From Opitutales bacterium (GTDB taxonomy: Bacteria; Verrucomicrobiota; Verrucomicrobiia; Opitutales; UBA953): DNA of 64,000 bases. Position numbers and translations under genes: made by a program. The DNA is taken from contig JBBAUX010000002.1 of assembly GCA_040398005.1 (NCBI GenBank), positions 64,001-128,000 on the forward strand, written 5' to 3'. This document shows positions 51,149 to 61,494 of this stretch, piece after piece (within the stretch, counting starts at the first letter, position 1; every line of letters starts with the position of its first letter). The notes under the pieces were generated by a model that ran no database searches, was not told the DNA's origin, and was given only the letters and a program-made list of their open reading frames with translations.

Positions 51149-53134
51149 TTAGCGTCGGCCCTTCGGACGTTTTTTTGCCGTCGCTGGCTTGCCCGTGCGA
51201 AGGGCTTCAATCTGATCTCTCAGTTGAGCCGCCTTTTCGAATTGTAGCTCGTCGGCTGCTTCTAACATTTCCGTTTCTAAATCAGCCAACACATGGGCAA
51301 TGTCGCGGTCACTCGTGCCTTCAGTGACTTCTAAAATTTCCTCTTCTTCATCCACGAGGCTTTCTTCAATAGCCCGAACCGTGCTCTTCGGTGTGATTCC
51401 GTGTTTGAGGTTGTAGGCGGCCTGACGTTTACGTCGATCACCACAAATGGTTAACGCCTTAGTAATCGATTTAGTCATGACGTCTGCGTACAATAAGACT
51501 TTACCTTCTAAATGTCGTGCCGCCCGACCCGAGGTCTGAATTAAGCTGGTTTCACTACGTAAAAATCCTTCTTTGTCTGCGTCGAGAATTCCGACGAGTG
51601 CCACTTCCGGAAGGTCGAGTCCTTCACGCAGAAGATTTACTCCGACGAGTACGTCAAATTTTCCGGCCCGCAGTCGACGTAATATTTCAACGCGCTCAAT
51701 GGCGTCGATATCGGAGTGAAGATATTCAACCTTGAGTCCGCTCTCTCTCATGAATTGCGAGAGGTCTTCTGACATCCGTTTCGTTAAAGTGGTTACGAGC
51801 GTACGATAGCCTCTAGCGGCTACGGCCTTGGCTTCACCGATAATGTCTTCGACCTGACCTTTGATAGGTCTGACTTCCATGACCGGATCAAGAAGTCCGG
51901 TCGGTCTGATGACTTGTTCGGCGATAACAGTGGAAACTTTATACTCATGAGCGGCAGGCGTTGCCGAAACGTAAATCGTCTGACCTGAAATAGTATCAAA
52001 CTCCTCGGGCCGTAGGGGGCGATTCTCCATCGCCGAGGGTAGACGGAATCCGAAGTCTACGAGCTTTTCTTTCCGTGCTCGGTCACCGTGATACATCCCG
52101 CCGATTTGGGAAACGGAAACGTGGCTTTCATCAATGAATATGAGCTTATCGTCAGGAAAGAAATCGAGCAAGCAGTGTGGACGTTCACCGGGTTTTCGGC
52201 CCGACATGTGCATCGAATAGTTTTCAATACCCGAACAGAATCCGGTTTCACGCAGCATCTCGAGATCATGTTCAACACGCATCCGAATCCGCTGCGCTTC
52301 CACGAGTCGGTTAGCTTTTTCAAAAGTAGCGACCCGCTCTTCAAGTTCGCTACGAATAGCCTCGGCAGCGGTTTTTACACGAGCGGCGGAGGTGACATAC
52401 TGATTCGCTGGATAGAGATCGAATTTATCCAAGGACTTTCCTGCTTTTAAAGTTATCGCATCGAGTTCACGAATATTTTCTAAAGTATCGCCCCAGAACT
52501 CTAAGCGAATAGCTGACTCCATGTACGCGGGCCAGATATCAATCGTTTCACCGCGTGCTCGGAAATTACACCGTTCTAAAATCGCATCATTTCGTGAGTA
52601 CTGATTGTTTACCAGTCGGGTTAGTAGATCATCACGTTTAATGACTAGTCCCTTGTGCAGGGGAATCATCAACGCCAGGAAGTCTTCGGGTGAGCCTAAT
52701 CCGTAGATACAAGAAACGGAGGCAATCACGATGACATCGCGTCGGGAGAGTAGGGCGCTGCTCGCACTGATCCGTAAACGTTCTATATCCTCATTAATGG
52801 CCGAGTCTTTCTCAATAAATGTATCGGTCGAAGGAACGTAAGCTTCGGGCTGATAGTAATCGTAGTAACTGACAAAGTATTCGACGGCGTTTTCGGGGAA
52901 AAAGTTTTTAAACTCGGAATAAAGTTGGGCCGCTAAAGTCTTATTATGTGAAACAATCAGCGCCGGACGCTGTTGGCGGGCGATGATATTCGCCATGGTG
53001 AAGGTTTTTCCGGAGCCGGTGACCCCGAGTAAAGTCTGACGAAGATTTCCCGCTTCGATGGATTTATTTAAAGCGTCAATCGCCCCAGGCTGATCGCCGG
53101 CGGGGACATAGTTAGACTTTAAACGAAACTCCAT
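51149..53134 (-). CDS. uvrB: Excinuclease ABC subunit B
   Basis: GDQP.AI, GVTGSGKT, YYDYYQPEAY, DESH, NLLREGLDLPEV, C-terminal UVR domain. Confidence 0.98.
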   Translation of the reverse strand: MEFRLKSNYVPAGDQPGAIDALNKSIEAGNLRQTLLGVTGSGKTFTMANIIARQQRPALIVSHNKTLAAQLYSEFKNFFPENAVEYFVSYYDYYQPEAYVPSTDTFIEKDSAINEDIERLRISASSALLSRRDVIVIASVSCIYGLGSPEDFLALMIPLHKGLVIKRDDLLTRLVNNQYSRNDAILERCNFRARGETIDIWPAYMESAIRLEFWGDTLENIRELDAITLKAGKSLDKFDLYPANQYVTSAARVKTAAEAIRSELEERVATFEKANRLVEAQRIRMRVEHDLEMLRETGFCSGIENYSMHMSGRKPGERPHCLLDFFPDDKLIFIDESHVSVSQIGGMYHGDRARKEKLVDFGFRLPSAMENRPLRPEEFDTISGQTIYVSATPAAHEYKVSTVIAEQVIRPTGLLDPVMEVRPIKGQVEDIIGEAKAVAARGYRTLVTTLTKRMSEDLSQFMRESGLKVEYLHSDIDAIERVEILRRLRAGKFDVLVGVNLLREGLDLPEVALVGILDADKEGFLRSETSLIQTSGRAARHLEGKVLLYADVMTKSITKALTICGDRRKRQAAYNLKHGITPKSTVRAIEESLVDEEEEILEVTEGTSDRDIAHVLADLETEMLEAADELQFEKAAQLRDQIEALRTGKPATAKKRPKGRR

Positions 53135-53140
53135 ACTGAT

Positions 53141-53806
53141 TTAGAAAATCTTACCTTGCACAATCCACTGAGGATTCACTTCGGATAAATTATTAACAAT
53201 GTGATGAGCGTTATGGGCCAATAAAATTTCGCGGGTATGCGTGGTCGCCAAAGCAATGGTGGTGAAGCCGCCGGCAAGTCCGGCTTGTATTCCCGAGAAG
53301 GAATCTTCGAAGACAAAGGAATTTTTAGGCTCACCGCCCGCGAGCGCACAGGCTTTGAGAAATACTTCCGGGTTGGGTTTTCCTTGGGTCACATCCTCAC
53401 TTGATACGGCTCCTTGGAAGTGGTCAGCTAAGTCAAAGAGCTCGAAAGAAAGTGCGAGATTGGCCTTATGGGTGGACGTGCCAATTACACAAGGAATGCC
53501 CAATGATTTAAGGGCGTTGGTGAGTTCTTTGACCCCTGGGAGTAATCGAATAAGTCCGGTCCGTGCGATGGTACGGTAATGAGCTTCTTTTTTCTCGGAC
53601 AGTCGGCGAATTTCTTGAGGGTCTTTGGACCAGCCTAAGATATTGGGAATGATGACTTCATTTAATTTCCCGAATCCTAATTTAAAATGATTGGGGACGA
53701 GTGGAAGATTTTCTTCCTTGGCTAAACTTTGCCACGCACGCTCGTGGGCGATGGAGGAATCGATGACGACGCCGTCCCAATCAAATACAGCAACGGTAGA
53801 TGACAT
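53141..53806 (-). CDS. HAD-family phosphatase (beta-phosphoglucomutase-like)
   Basis: FDWDGV, KP.PEVF, FEDS..GI.AG. Confidence 0.85.
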   Translation of the reverse strand: MSSTVAVFDWDGVVIDSSIAHERAWQSLAKEENLPLVPNHFKLGFGKLNEVIIPNILGWSKDPQEIRRLSEKKEAHYRTIARTGLIRLLPGVKELTNALKSLGIPCVIGTSTHKANLALSFELFDLADHFQGAVSSEDVTQGKPNPEVFLKACALAGGEPKNSFVFEDSFSGIQAGLAGGFTTIALATTHTREILLAHNAHHIVNNLSEVNPQWIVQGKIF

Positions 53807-53808
53807 GA

Positions 53809-55272
53809 TTAATGTTTGTCCCAGGCTAAAGTGACTTTTACTGGACGATGTTCCCAGACATTGAGCGGTTCAAAGATTTGTCCGGGTGCTAAAATATTAT
53901 TAGGGTCCAAGGCTTTCTTGACTGCTATCATCGCTGCAATTTCAGCGGGTGAGTGTTGCAGGCTGAGGAAAGGAGATTTGGCGATGCCGATGCCGTGCTC
54001 GCCGGTGATAGCTCCGCCCAGTTCGACTACTTTCTTCATCACTTCATGGATGGCTTTCTCGGCTTTCTTGCAGTCTTCAGGATTATCCCGATTGTACATG
54101 ATGTGTACGTGGAAGTTTCCATCGGCGGCGTGACCGAAGGTCGGAGTAGGTAGACCAATCTTATCGCGTACTTCGCGAGTGTATTTAATTAACGCCACGT
54201 AGCTCTTAAAAGGTACCACGATGTCTTCGTTTAACTTCGCATTCCCGAGGGAATACATGGCCTGTGAGCAGGTGCGGCGAATGTCCCAGAGCTTTTCCGC
54301 TTCAACTTCGTTATCGGTTGCGCGTGAAGCGACGCCAAATTTCTTAATCCACAGGTTAATTTTCACGGCGTCATCCGCGAGTGCCGCAGGATGTCCGTCG
54401 ATTTCGACTAATAAAACCGCACACGTTTCTTTGATGCCGCCCAGCTCTTCGGTGGTGAATACCCGGCTGCCGCGTTGTTTTTCTGCGGCTTCAACGGTTT
54501 GCGTATCTAAAAATTCAAAGACCGATGGATTAATTCTTGAACCCATTAATTCAGCAGCTGCTTCGAGCGCACTCTCGTCGGTACGACAGGCAACTAAGAA
54601 GGTGCGACGAGCTAAAGGTTTATTCACGAGTTTGATGGTCGCTTTGGTGATAATTCCTAAGGTGCCTTCGGATCCGATCCAGAGGTCGCGTAAATTAATT
54701 CCGCTGACAAACTTTCTTAAAGGGGCACCCCATTTTACTTTTTCCCCTGTTGGAAGAAATCCTTCCAGGGCATAGACATGGTCGCGAACAACCCCGTATT
54801 TTGCGGCTCGAAGTCCTCCTGCGTTCGTCGCGATGTTTCCACCGATACTACAATATTTCAGCGATGAAGGATCAGGTGGAAAAAATAATCCGTATGGTGC
54901 GGCTAAATCATTGATGTGCGCGGTGATGGCTCCTGGTTGTACAGTCGCCATGGCCGAGATAGGATCGATTTCAATTTTGTCCCAGTGATCCAAGTGAATA
55001 ACCCATCCGCCTTTAATGGGAGAACTTGCCCCTGCGTTACCGGTGCCACGTCCGCGCACGGTGACCGGAACTTTATGTTGGTTGGCTAATTTTAAAACCG
55101 TACCAATATCCTCTTCAACTTTTGGACGAATCACCGCTTCGGGCATGAACGACAAACGCATGTTATCGAAGGACGCAGCGAAGCAGGTTGCTTCATCTGT
55201 AAAAACTCTCTCGGGTCCGAGAAGCTTACTGAGCTCTTGCGTTGCCGCGGGATGAGTTTGAAGTGGAGCCAT
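53809..55272 (-). CDS. FAD-linked oxidase, GlcD/D-lactate dehydrogenase family
   Basis: PPDPSS, IGGNIATNAGG, GSEGTLG, GHAADGN.H, GEHGIG, DP.NIL.PG. Confidence 0.88.
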   Translation of the reverse strand: MAPLQTHPAATQELSKLLGPERVFTDEATCFAASFDNMRLSFMPEAVIRPKVEEDIGTVLKLANQHKVPVTVRGRGTGNAGASSPIKGGWVIHLDHWDKIEIDPISAMATVQPGAITAHINDLAAPYGLFFPPDPSSLKYCSIGGNIATNAGGLRAAKYGVVRDHVYALEGFLPTGEKVKWGAPLRKFVSGINLRDLWIGSEGTLGIITKATIKLVNKPLARRTFLVACRTDESALEAAAELMGSRINPSVFEFLDTQTVEAAEKQRGSRVFTTEELGGIKETCAVLLVEIDGHPAALADDAVKINLWIKKFGVASRATDNEVEAEKLWDIRRTCSQAMYSLGNAKLNEDIVVPFKSYVALIKYTREVRDKIGLPTPTFGHAADGNFHVHIMYNRDNPEDCKKAEKAIHEVMKKVVELGGAITGEHGIGIAKSPFLSLQHSPAEIAAMIAVKKALDPNNILAPGQIFEPLNVWEHRPVKVTLAWDKH

Positions 55273-55292
55273 CGCTCACCCATCAAGCACGA

Positions 55293-57236
55293 TTAGCCTA
55301 ATTCTGCAAGCCACGCCGTGGCTTCCGCATCCGAAGGCATACGCCAATCGCCACGCGGGGAAAGGGCGACCGAGCCGACTTTTGGCCCGTCTGGCATTGA
55401 AGAACGCTTATATTGCTGGCTGAAGAAGCGAGTCAGGAAGGTTTTTAGCCAATATTTAATTTCCACCGTATCGTACTTACCGGCGAAGGCATGTTCCGTG
55501 AGCCAAAGAACTTTAGCCGGGCGGAATCCATTGCGAATAAAGTGGAAGAGGAAGAAATCGTGTAACTCATAAGGGCCAACTAAGAGCTCGGTTTGTTGAG
55601 TCATTTCACCGTTAGTTCCGATAGGTAAAAGTTCGGGGCTAACGGGTGTGGCGACAATGTCTTCGAGCAGAGCACGTTCATGACCGACGTGACGTGCGTG
55701 GGCGGCCCACGAGACCAAGTGTTTAACTAAAGTTTTAGGTACGCCGATGTTTACATGGTACATCGACATGTGATCCGCGTTGAATGTGCACCAACCGAGA
55801 GCGGCTTCCGAGAGGTCACCCGTACCCACGACTAAACCTTGGGTTTGATTAGCGATATCCATGAGCACTTGAGTGCGTTCACGTGCTTGCGCGTTTTCAA
55901 AAGTAATATCGAATTTACCAGTCGGGTGTTCGATGTCTTTAAGGTGATTATCAACCGCACTACCAATAGGGATTTCACGTGCAGTGATGCCGAGTGCATC
56001 CATCAATTTACGTGCATTGATACGTGTGCGCTCGGTTGTGCCAGGTCCAGGCAAAGTGACGCCGATGATTCCTTTCCGATCTAAACCCAAGCGACCAAAC
56101 GCTTCGAGCATGACTAAAAGTGCGAGCGTAGAATCGAGTCCGCCCGAAACTCCGATGACAGCATGCTTGACTCCCGTGTGACGGAGACGACGTGCTAAGC
56201 CTGTAGATTGAATCGCAAAAATTTCCTGACTGTTTTCGTCGCGACGTTGAGCGTCCGATGGCACGAAGGGATGTTGTGAGAAACGACGACGGAGTTTGGG
56301 CGTAGTGCCGGCCGGATGTTTAACTTCGAAACTAATGAAGCGCGGTTGGTACGAAGGAATCTGCCCGAAGAAAGTGCTATTGCGGCGACGTTCGGCCTGC
56401 AATTTGTCGACATCGACCTGCGATACTAACAGGGATAATTCGAAGCGAAAACGCTCAGATTCACCAAGAATTAAGCCATTTTCAGCAATTAAGCCGTGTC
56501 CGCTGTACACGACATCGGTACTCGATTCTCCTGCGCCCGCCGCAGCGTAAATGTAAGCAGCTAAGCAACGAGCCGATTGCGAACGCACGAGATCGCGACG
56601 ATAATTTGCTTTGGTGAGAAGTTCGTCACTCGCCGAAAGATTACAGAGGAGGGTGGCACCGGCTAAAGCTTGCGCACCGCTCGGAGGTTCGACTGCCCAG
56701 AGGTCTTCGCAGAGTTCAATTCCGACTACGCAATCTGGAACATCTTTAGCTTGGAAAAGTAAATCGATACCGAAGGGAACTTTTTTTCCAAATAATTCTA
56801 CTTCTTGAAAATGAGCGACGCGACTCGAAGCGAACCAACGTTGTTCGTAAAATTCGCCCGAGTTAGGTAAGTGAGTTTTGGGAACCACACCTAAAATATT
56901 TCCGTGCGAGACGAAGACACCGACGTTGTAGAGTCGTCCCGAAATTTCTAGAGGCAACCCGATGAGGGCCGTGAGGGAGAGTCGAGCAGTCGCTTCGGCG
57001 ATCTTGGAGAGTCCGGCGAGGGCACTGTTAAGCAGAGTTCGTTGGCCGAATAAGTCACCGCAGCTGTAACCCGTGAGGCAAAGTTCAGGTAGCACGACGA
57101 TTTCAGATCCTTCGGCTGCTGCCTTCTCGAGCGCTTGGATAATGTGCTGGGCATTGGCTGCAGGATCGCCCAGCCGCAGGGCTGGGGAGGCGGCTGCAAC
57201 GGTTACAAAACCGAATGGATGTGTACTTTTTGCCAT
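55293..57236 (-). CDS. nadE: Glutamine-dependent NAD+ synthetase
   Basis: Nitrilase-like domain (PELC.TGY, PK, CEDLW) plus SGGLDS, ENAQARER, GTGDLSE; start at ATG 57236. Confidence 0.95.
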   Translation of the reverse strand: MAKSTHPFGFVTVAAASPALRLGDPAANAQHIIQALEKAAAEGSEIVVLPELCLTGYSCGDLFGQRTLLNSALAGLSKIAEATARLSLTALIGLPLEISGRLYNVGVFVSHGNILGVVPKTHLPNSGEFYEQRWFASSRVAHFQEVELFGKKVPFGIDLLFQAKDVPDCVVGIELCEDLWAVEPPSGAQALAGATLLCNLSASDELLTKANYRRDLVRSQSARCLAAYIYAAAGAGESSTDVVYSGHGLIAENGLILGESERFRFELSLLVSQVDVDKLQAERRRNSTFFGQIPSYQPRFISFEVKHPAGTTPKLRRRFSQHPFVPSDAQRRDENSQEIFAIQSTGLARRLRHTGVKHAVIGVSGGLDSTLALLVMLEAFGRLGLDRKGIIGVTLPGPGTTERTRINARKLMDALGITAREIPIGSAVDNHLKDIEHPTGKFDITFENAQARERTQVLMDIANQTQGLVVGTGDLSEAALGWCTFNADHMSMYHVNIGVPKTLVKHLVSWAAHARHVGHERALLEDIVATPVSPELLPIGTNGEMTQQTELLVGPYELHDFFLFHFIRNGFRPAKVLWLTEHAFAGKYDTVEIKYWLKTFLTRFFSQQYKRSSMPDGPKVGSVALSPRGDWRMPSDAEATAWLAELG

Positions 57237-57321
57237 TTTTGGCGCGGTAACGCGTATGTTCACCGTTGACCCTTGGCGAGGCAACCCGAAAGGTTTACCC
57301 ATCCCTCGTTTTGGGGCTGAT

Positions 57322-58275
57322 ATGTCAAAAATGTCACTAAAAGAAGTCACTGTTTTCTCCCCCGCCACGGTCGCAAACGTGGCGTGCGGATTCGACGTGC
57401 TTGGTTTCGCCATCGAGAAGCCGGGCGACGAAATTGTTGTCCGTCGATCCGATAAGCCTGGATTCCGCATCACCAAGATTACCGGTGATGATGGCCGACT
57501 GCCCTTAGAGCCCAAATTAAATACTGCGGGTGTTGCTGTACTCGATCTGCTTCGTCACCTCGGTTTGGGTGACATCGGTATCGAAATGGAGATACACAAG
57601 AAGATGCCTTTCGGCAGCGGACTCGGTTCCAGCGCTGCCAGTGCGGTGGCTGGTGCCTTCGCGGTAAATCATTTACTCGGTGAACCTCTTACCCGACGTC
57701 AACTTTTACCATTCGTCGTTGCGGGTGAAGCTGCCGCTGATGGCGCCTGGCATGCCGACAATGTGGGTCCGTGTTTATTGGGCGGAATCACTTTAATTCG
57801 TTCGAACGCAGAACTCGATGTTCATAATATTCCGATCCCTAATAATCTTTGGGCAGCGGTCGTGCATCCTGACATCGTGGTGCTGACGAAGGTCGCGCGC
57901 GAAATCATGCCTCGTCACGTCCAATTAGAAACTGCGATTCAACAAAGCGGAAACTTAGGTGGATTGATTTCTGGTCTGTACCAAAGTGATTACGCTTTAA
58001 TCGGTCGATCGTTGCATGATGCGATTGCTGAACCGCACCGTCAGCGTCTCATTCCTGAATTTTATCGTGCGAAGCGCGTAGCAATGTCTGCTGGTGCACT
58101 AGGATTTTCCATCTCTGGTGCGGGCCCGAGCGTTTTTGCACTCTGTGAAGGTGAGAAGGTTGCCCAGGAAGTCGCTAAAGCAGTGACCGAGGTTTTTGCA
58201 TCGGTACCGATTAAGGCAACTCCCTACGTTTCACGTATCAATCCTAAGGGCGTCCATGTCATCTCCGAAAAATAA
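57322..58275 (+). CDS. thrB: Homoserine kinase
   Basis: PATVANV.CGFD.LG, PFGSGLGSSAAS, HADNV, ISGAGPS; start ATG 57322 or 57331. Confidence 0.94.
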   Translation: MSKMSLKEVTVFSPATVANVACGFDVLGFAIEKPGDEIVVRRSDKPGFRITKITGDDGRLPLEPKLNTAGVAVLDLLRHLGLGDIGIEMEIHKKMPFGSGLGSSAASAVAGAFAVNHLLGEPLTRRQLLPFVVAGEAAADGAWHADNVGPCLLGGITLIRSNAELDVHNIPIPNNLWAAVVHPDIVVLTKVAREIMPRHVQLETAIQQSGNLGGLISGLYQSDYALIGRSLHDAIAEPHRQRLIPEFYRAKRVAMSAGALGFSISGAGPSVFALCEGEKVAQEVAKAVTEVFASVPIKATPYVSRINPKGVHVISEK

Positions 58276-59581
58276 GTTAGAATTTATTTCCACTGCCGAT
58301 GCTTCACAAAGTGCCTCATTGCGTGAGGTCCTACTTTCATCGATGCCAGGGAAGGGCGGACTGTGGGTGCCGAAAGTCATTCCACAAATCACGCCCGACT
58401 TCATTGAGCAGCATCGTAACGACACTTATGCGCAACTCGCCGAAGCCGTCATCGCTCCTTATTTTGCGGATGAGCTGGGCCCCGATGTTTTAAAGCGTCT
58501 TTGTAATGAGGCTTTTAATTTCCCTGTACCACTGATTTATCCTGAGGGTTATCAAGGTAAACCGGAGAGTGTGATTAGTGTCTTAGAATTATTTCAAGGC
58601 CCATCCGCAGCCTTTAAAGATTTTGCCGTACGACTACTGGTACGTATTACCGCGCATGTCTTAGGAAAAGATTTTCCAGAACTCACCATCCTCGCAGCGA
58701 CATCGGGCGATACCGGTGGTGCGGTGACTGAAGCTTGTGCTAACGTTCCCGGTGTTCGTGCCGTGGTTCTTTATCCGCGAATCGGTGTGAGCACGGTGCA
58801 GGAATCGCAAATTGCACGCCGCCGCCCCGGTGTCGTAGCTATTTCCGTAGATGGTACGTTTGATGACTGTCAGGCCTTAGTAAAACGTGCCTTAGCTGAT
58901 CAAGCACTCAGTCAGCGCCGTCCCTTACTCACGGCTAATTCCATCAATCCTGTTCGTCTGATTGCCCAGGTTCCTTTTGCTTTCCATGTCCGTCGCCTGT
59001 TGGCCAAAAATCAGCGCCTCGCGATTATTGTTCCCTCGGGTAATTTAGGAAATGTAGGCGCGGTTCAATTGGCTCGTCGCATGGGCTTGCCGGTCGACTC
59101 GTTAATCGCTGCGACCAATATAAATTCTCCGCTACCCGATTTATTTGCGACCGGTAAGTATCAAGCTCGTCGTTCCACTCCGACCGCTTCGAATGCGATG
59201 GATATTGGTGACCCCAATAATTTACCACGTCTCTTAGCTTGGAACCAAGGTGGACCTGCCGTGCATGCCGTGACGGTGACTGACGCTGAAACGCTCGATG
59301 TGATGCGTCGCGTTCGTGACCAAGGTGGATATGTTGTATGTCCGCACACCGCCGTCGGTTGGAAAGCAGCCGAAGATTATATTAAAAATAATCAGAACAC
59401 TCAGGTCGTGGTCTTTGGCACGGCACACCCTGCTAAGTTTCCTGAAATTTTAGAACAAGCCTTCGGCGATCGCAACGCTTCCACTTTCCCATACGCATTA
59501 CCAGCTCCTGAGCCATTGCGTACGGGCAATGATTACGAAGCGATTCGTACGATTTTAGAATCCGAAGCCGGCTTCAGATAA
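58256..59581 (+). CDS. thrC: Threonine synthase
   Basis: LELFQGPS.AFKDF, ATSGDTG, FDDCQ, ANSIN, VPSGN.GN, TAHPAKF. Confidence 0.93.
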   Translation: MSSPKNKLEFISTADASQSASLREVLLSSMPGKGGLWVPKVIPQITPDFIEQHRNDTYAQLAEAVIAPYFADELGPDVLKRLCNEAFNFPVPLIYPEGYQGKPESVISVLELFQGPSAAFKDFAVRLLVRITAHVLGKDFPELTILAATSGDTGGAVTEACANVPGVRAVVLYPRIGVSTVQESQIARRRPGVVAISVDGTFDDCQALVKRALADQALSQRRPLLTANSINPVRLIAQVPFAFHVRRLLAKNQRLAIIVPSGNLGNVGAVQLARRMGLPVDSLIAATNINSPLPDLFATGKYQARRSTPTASNAMDIGDPNNLPRLLAWNQGGPAVHAVTVTDAETLDVMRRVRDQGGYVVCPHTAVGWKAAEDYIKNNQNTQVVVFGTAHPAKFPEILEQAFGDRNASTFPYALPAPEPLRTGNDYEAIRTILESEAGFR

Positions 59582-59719
59582 TTACTTCTGAGCGTTTTCA
59601 ACTGGAGCTTTAGTGGCTTCAGCTTTGGCGCCGTCTTTTTTCTGAGGGGCTTCGATGACGACGATGCAACCTGACAGTGCTAACGCGATTAAAGAGAAGA
59701 AGAGGGCGGACAGTTTCAT
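59582..59719 (-). CDS. Small lipoprotein (45 aa), not in the supplied ORF track
   Basis: Hand translation MKLSALFFSLIALALSGCIVVIEAPQKKDGAKAEATKAPVENAQK*; lipobox LSGC; fills the exbD-thrC gap. Confidence 0.8.
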   Translation of the reverse strand: MKLSALFFSLIALALSGCIVVIEAPQKKDGAKAEATKAPVENAQK

Positions 59720-59737
59720 ATTTGTTATAAAAATTAT

Positions 59738-60181
59738 TTATTCTGGTTCAGCAACCGAGAAGGTGATGTTGCTGATGTCGGCGCGTGCTAAAATATCGAG
59801 AACATTGATGACTCTCTCATAACGGGCCGCTTCCTCGGCTTGTACGGTGATCAGAAGTTTAGTCTTAGATTGTTTAGCGGCTTGGGCCATCTTGGTCATC
59901 TCATTGAAGAGACCTTCCAGTTCGCGGTCCTGCGGCTGACCTACCGGATCTTCGTTGATGGTGATTTGTCCATTCTCTGCGACACCGATGGTAACTTCAT
60001 CAGGCATTTCGGTTTCTTTGGCAGTCTCTGCATTGCCTGGTAGAGTCGTTTTTAATTCATGTTCCACTTTGACGGCACCGGCCATGACCATGAAGAAAAG
60101 CATGATGACGAAGACCACGTCGATCATTGGGGCGATTTGGAATCCGGCATCCGATGGAGTTTCTTGAGGGGCGAGGCGCAT
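59738..60181 (-). CDS. ExbD/TolR family protein, copy 1
   Basis: IAPMIDVVFVIMLFFMV TM helix with conserved Asp; periplasmic domain. Confidence 0.9.
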   Translation of the reverse strand: MRLAPQETPSDAGFQIAPMIDVVFVIMLFFMVMAGAVKVEHELKTTLPGNAETAKETEMPDEVTIGVAENGQITINEDPVGQPQDRELEGLFNEMTKMAQAAKQSKTKLLITVQAEEAARYERVINVLDILARADISNITFSVAEPE

Positions 60182-60183
60182 TT

Positions 60184-60624
60184 TTATTCGTCGCGGTTGA
60201 GGCCGGAGAAGGCGATGTTATCGATGCCAGCTTCCGCACCCCATTCGAGTGCTTTGGAAATAAATTTGGCCTGACATTGGCGATCGGCGCGAATGAGCAG
60301 TCGGAATTTTTCGTTGGTACCTTTGCGGGCAGCGAGTTCTTTAGAAATGCCGTCCTTGTCGTTGATATCTAGCTCGCGGTCATCGAGTTTGTATTTGGCC
60401 TGACCCGTACTCGCGTCCCAAGAAATATTAATCAAACCGGCAGCAGCTTTGTCGTCGCGTTTTACCCCATGGACGGCGACGGGGAGTTTAATATTTTTAT
60501 CGACCTTCAAGACTTGGGCTGAGGTGATGGACATGAAGAAAATCAGTAAGACCAGGAGCACGTCGATCATCGGTGCTACTTGGAATTCTGGTTCTCCGTC
60601 CCCGCCTCCGCCTCCTCCTGCCAT
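60184..60624 (-). CDS. ExbD/TolR family protein, copy 2
   Basis: VAPMIDVLLVLLIFFM; LLIRAD. Confidence 0.9.
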   Translation of the reverse strand: MAGGGGGGDGEPEFQVAPMIDVLLVLLIFFMSITSAQVLKVDKNIKLPVAVHGVKRDDKAAAGLINISWDASTGQAKYKLDDRELDINDKDGISKELAARKGTNEKFRLLIRADRQCQAKFISKALEWGAEAGIDNIAFSGLNRDE

Positions 60625-60652
60625 AGTAAGTCTTAGTGTTTAAGGGGTGAAC

Positions 60653-61438
60653 TTAAGCGGAGGGTGGAGTGCTGGAGGCATTCCAATCAGGCTTAGCGGC
60701 GTAGATTTCGTCATCACCGATGGCGCGACCTTGGACTTCGTCGTAAGGGAAGGAACGGAATAATCCAGTGACGATTTCTTGAACGTCATGAATTCCTTTT
60801 TGAATACGATTACGTAAGAGGTAGTAGCAAATGAACGCAGGGATTGCGATGAAGAGACCCGAAGCGGTTGCCACGAGAACTTCGCCGATCGCACCAGCGA
60901 GCTGTGAAGGGTCGCCTACGCCTGATGAACCAAGCTTATCAAACGCCTTCATCATACCAGTCACGGTGCCGGTGAGACCAATCATCGGAGTACAGACTCC
61001 AATCACTGAGAGGTAAGATGCACGGCCCATGAGGTCGCCCTGGATGCGAGAAACTTCAGAGATGATCGCTTCTTCAGTCATGACTTTGCCGTCGGGTGCG
61101 AGAGCCACACCAGCGCGAACGACTTCGGCGACGGGTGAGCCTGCGCTTTTAGCGAAGTTGTAGGCACCGACGTAATCACCACGCTTGAAGAGCTCGCGTA
61201 ATTGGGTGACGTGGCTGGCCGGATAAAGTTTTTGTGCGCTGGTGCGGATGGTACCATCAACGATGAACCAGATCATGGCGACCGAGCATAGAGTGATCGG
61301 GTACATGACCCAGCCACCTTCAACGAAGAGGTGCATCATGGTTTTTTCTTTAACGCCGGCAGCTTCTTGAGCGCAGGCAAGGATGGTCATCATTCCGAGG
61401 AAGGCCATCGTGAGGAGGGGGAGGCGGATTGTCTTCAT
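60653..61438 (-). CDS. MotA/TolQ/ExbB proton channel protein
   Basis: GGWVMYP, PMIGLTGTVTGM, GEVLVATASGL.IAIPA; signal-like N-terminus from ATG 61438. Confidence 0.92.
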   Translation of the reverse strand: MKTIRLPLLTMAFLGMMTILACAQEAAGVKEKTMMHLFVEGGWVMYPITLCSVAMIWFIVDGTIRTSAQKLYPASHVTQLRELFKRGDYVGAYNFAKSAGSPVAEVVRAGVALAPDGKVMTEEAIISEVSRIQGDLMGRASYLSVIGVCTPMIGLTGTVTGMMKAFDKLGSSGVGDPSQLAGAIGEVLVATASGLFIAIPAFICYYLLRNRIQKGIHDVQEIVTGLFRSFPYDEVQGRAIGDDEIYAAKPDWNASSTPPSA

Positions 61439-61494
61439 GGTAAATAAGGGGTGTTGGATTTGATTTAGGTTGAGATTAAAAAGGGGGCAAGGGT

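Noticed and set aside
57073..57515. Apparent long antisense overlap between the nadE (740 aa) and thrB (400 aa) ORFs
   Set aside because: Family homology starts at ATG 57236 (nadE) and ATG 57322/57331 (thrB); the extensions come from the ORF caller picking the farthest start
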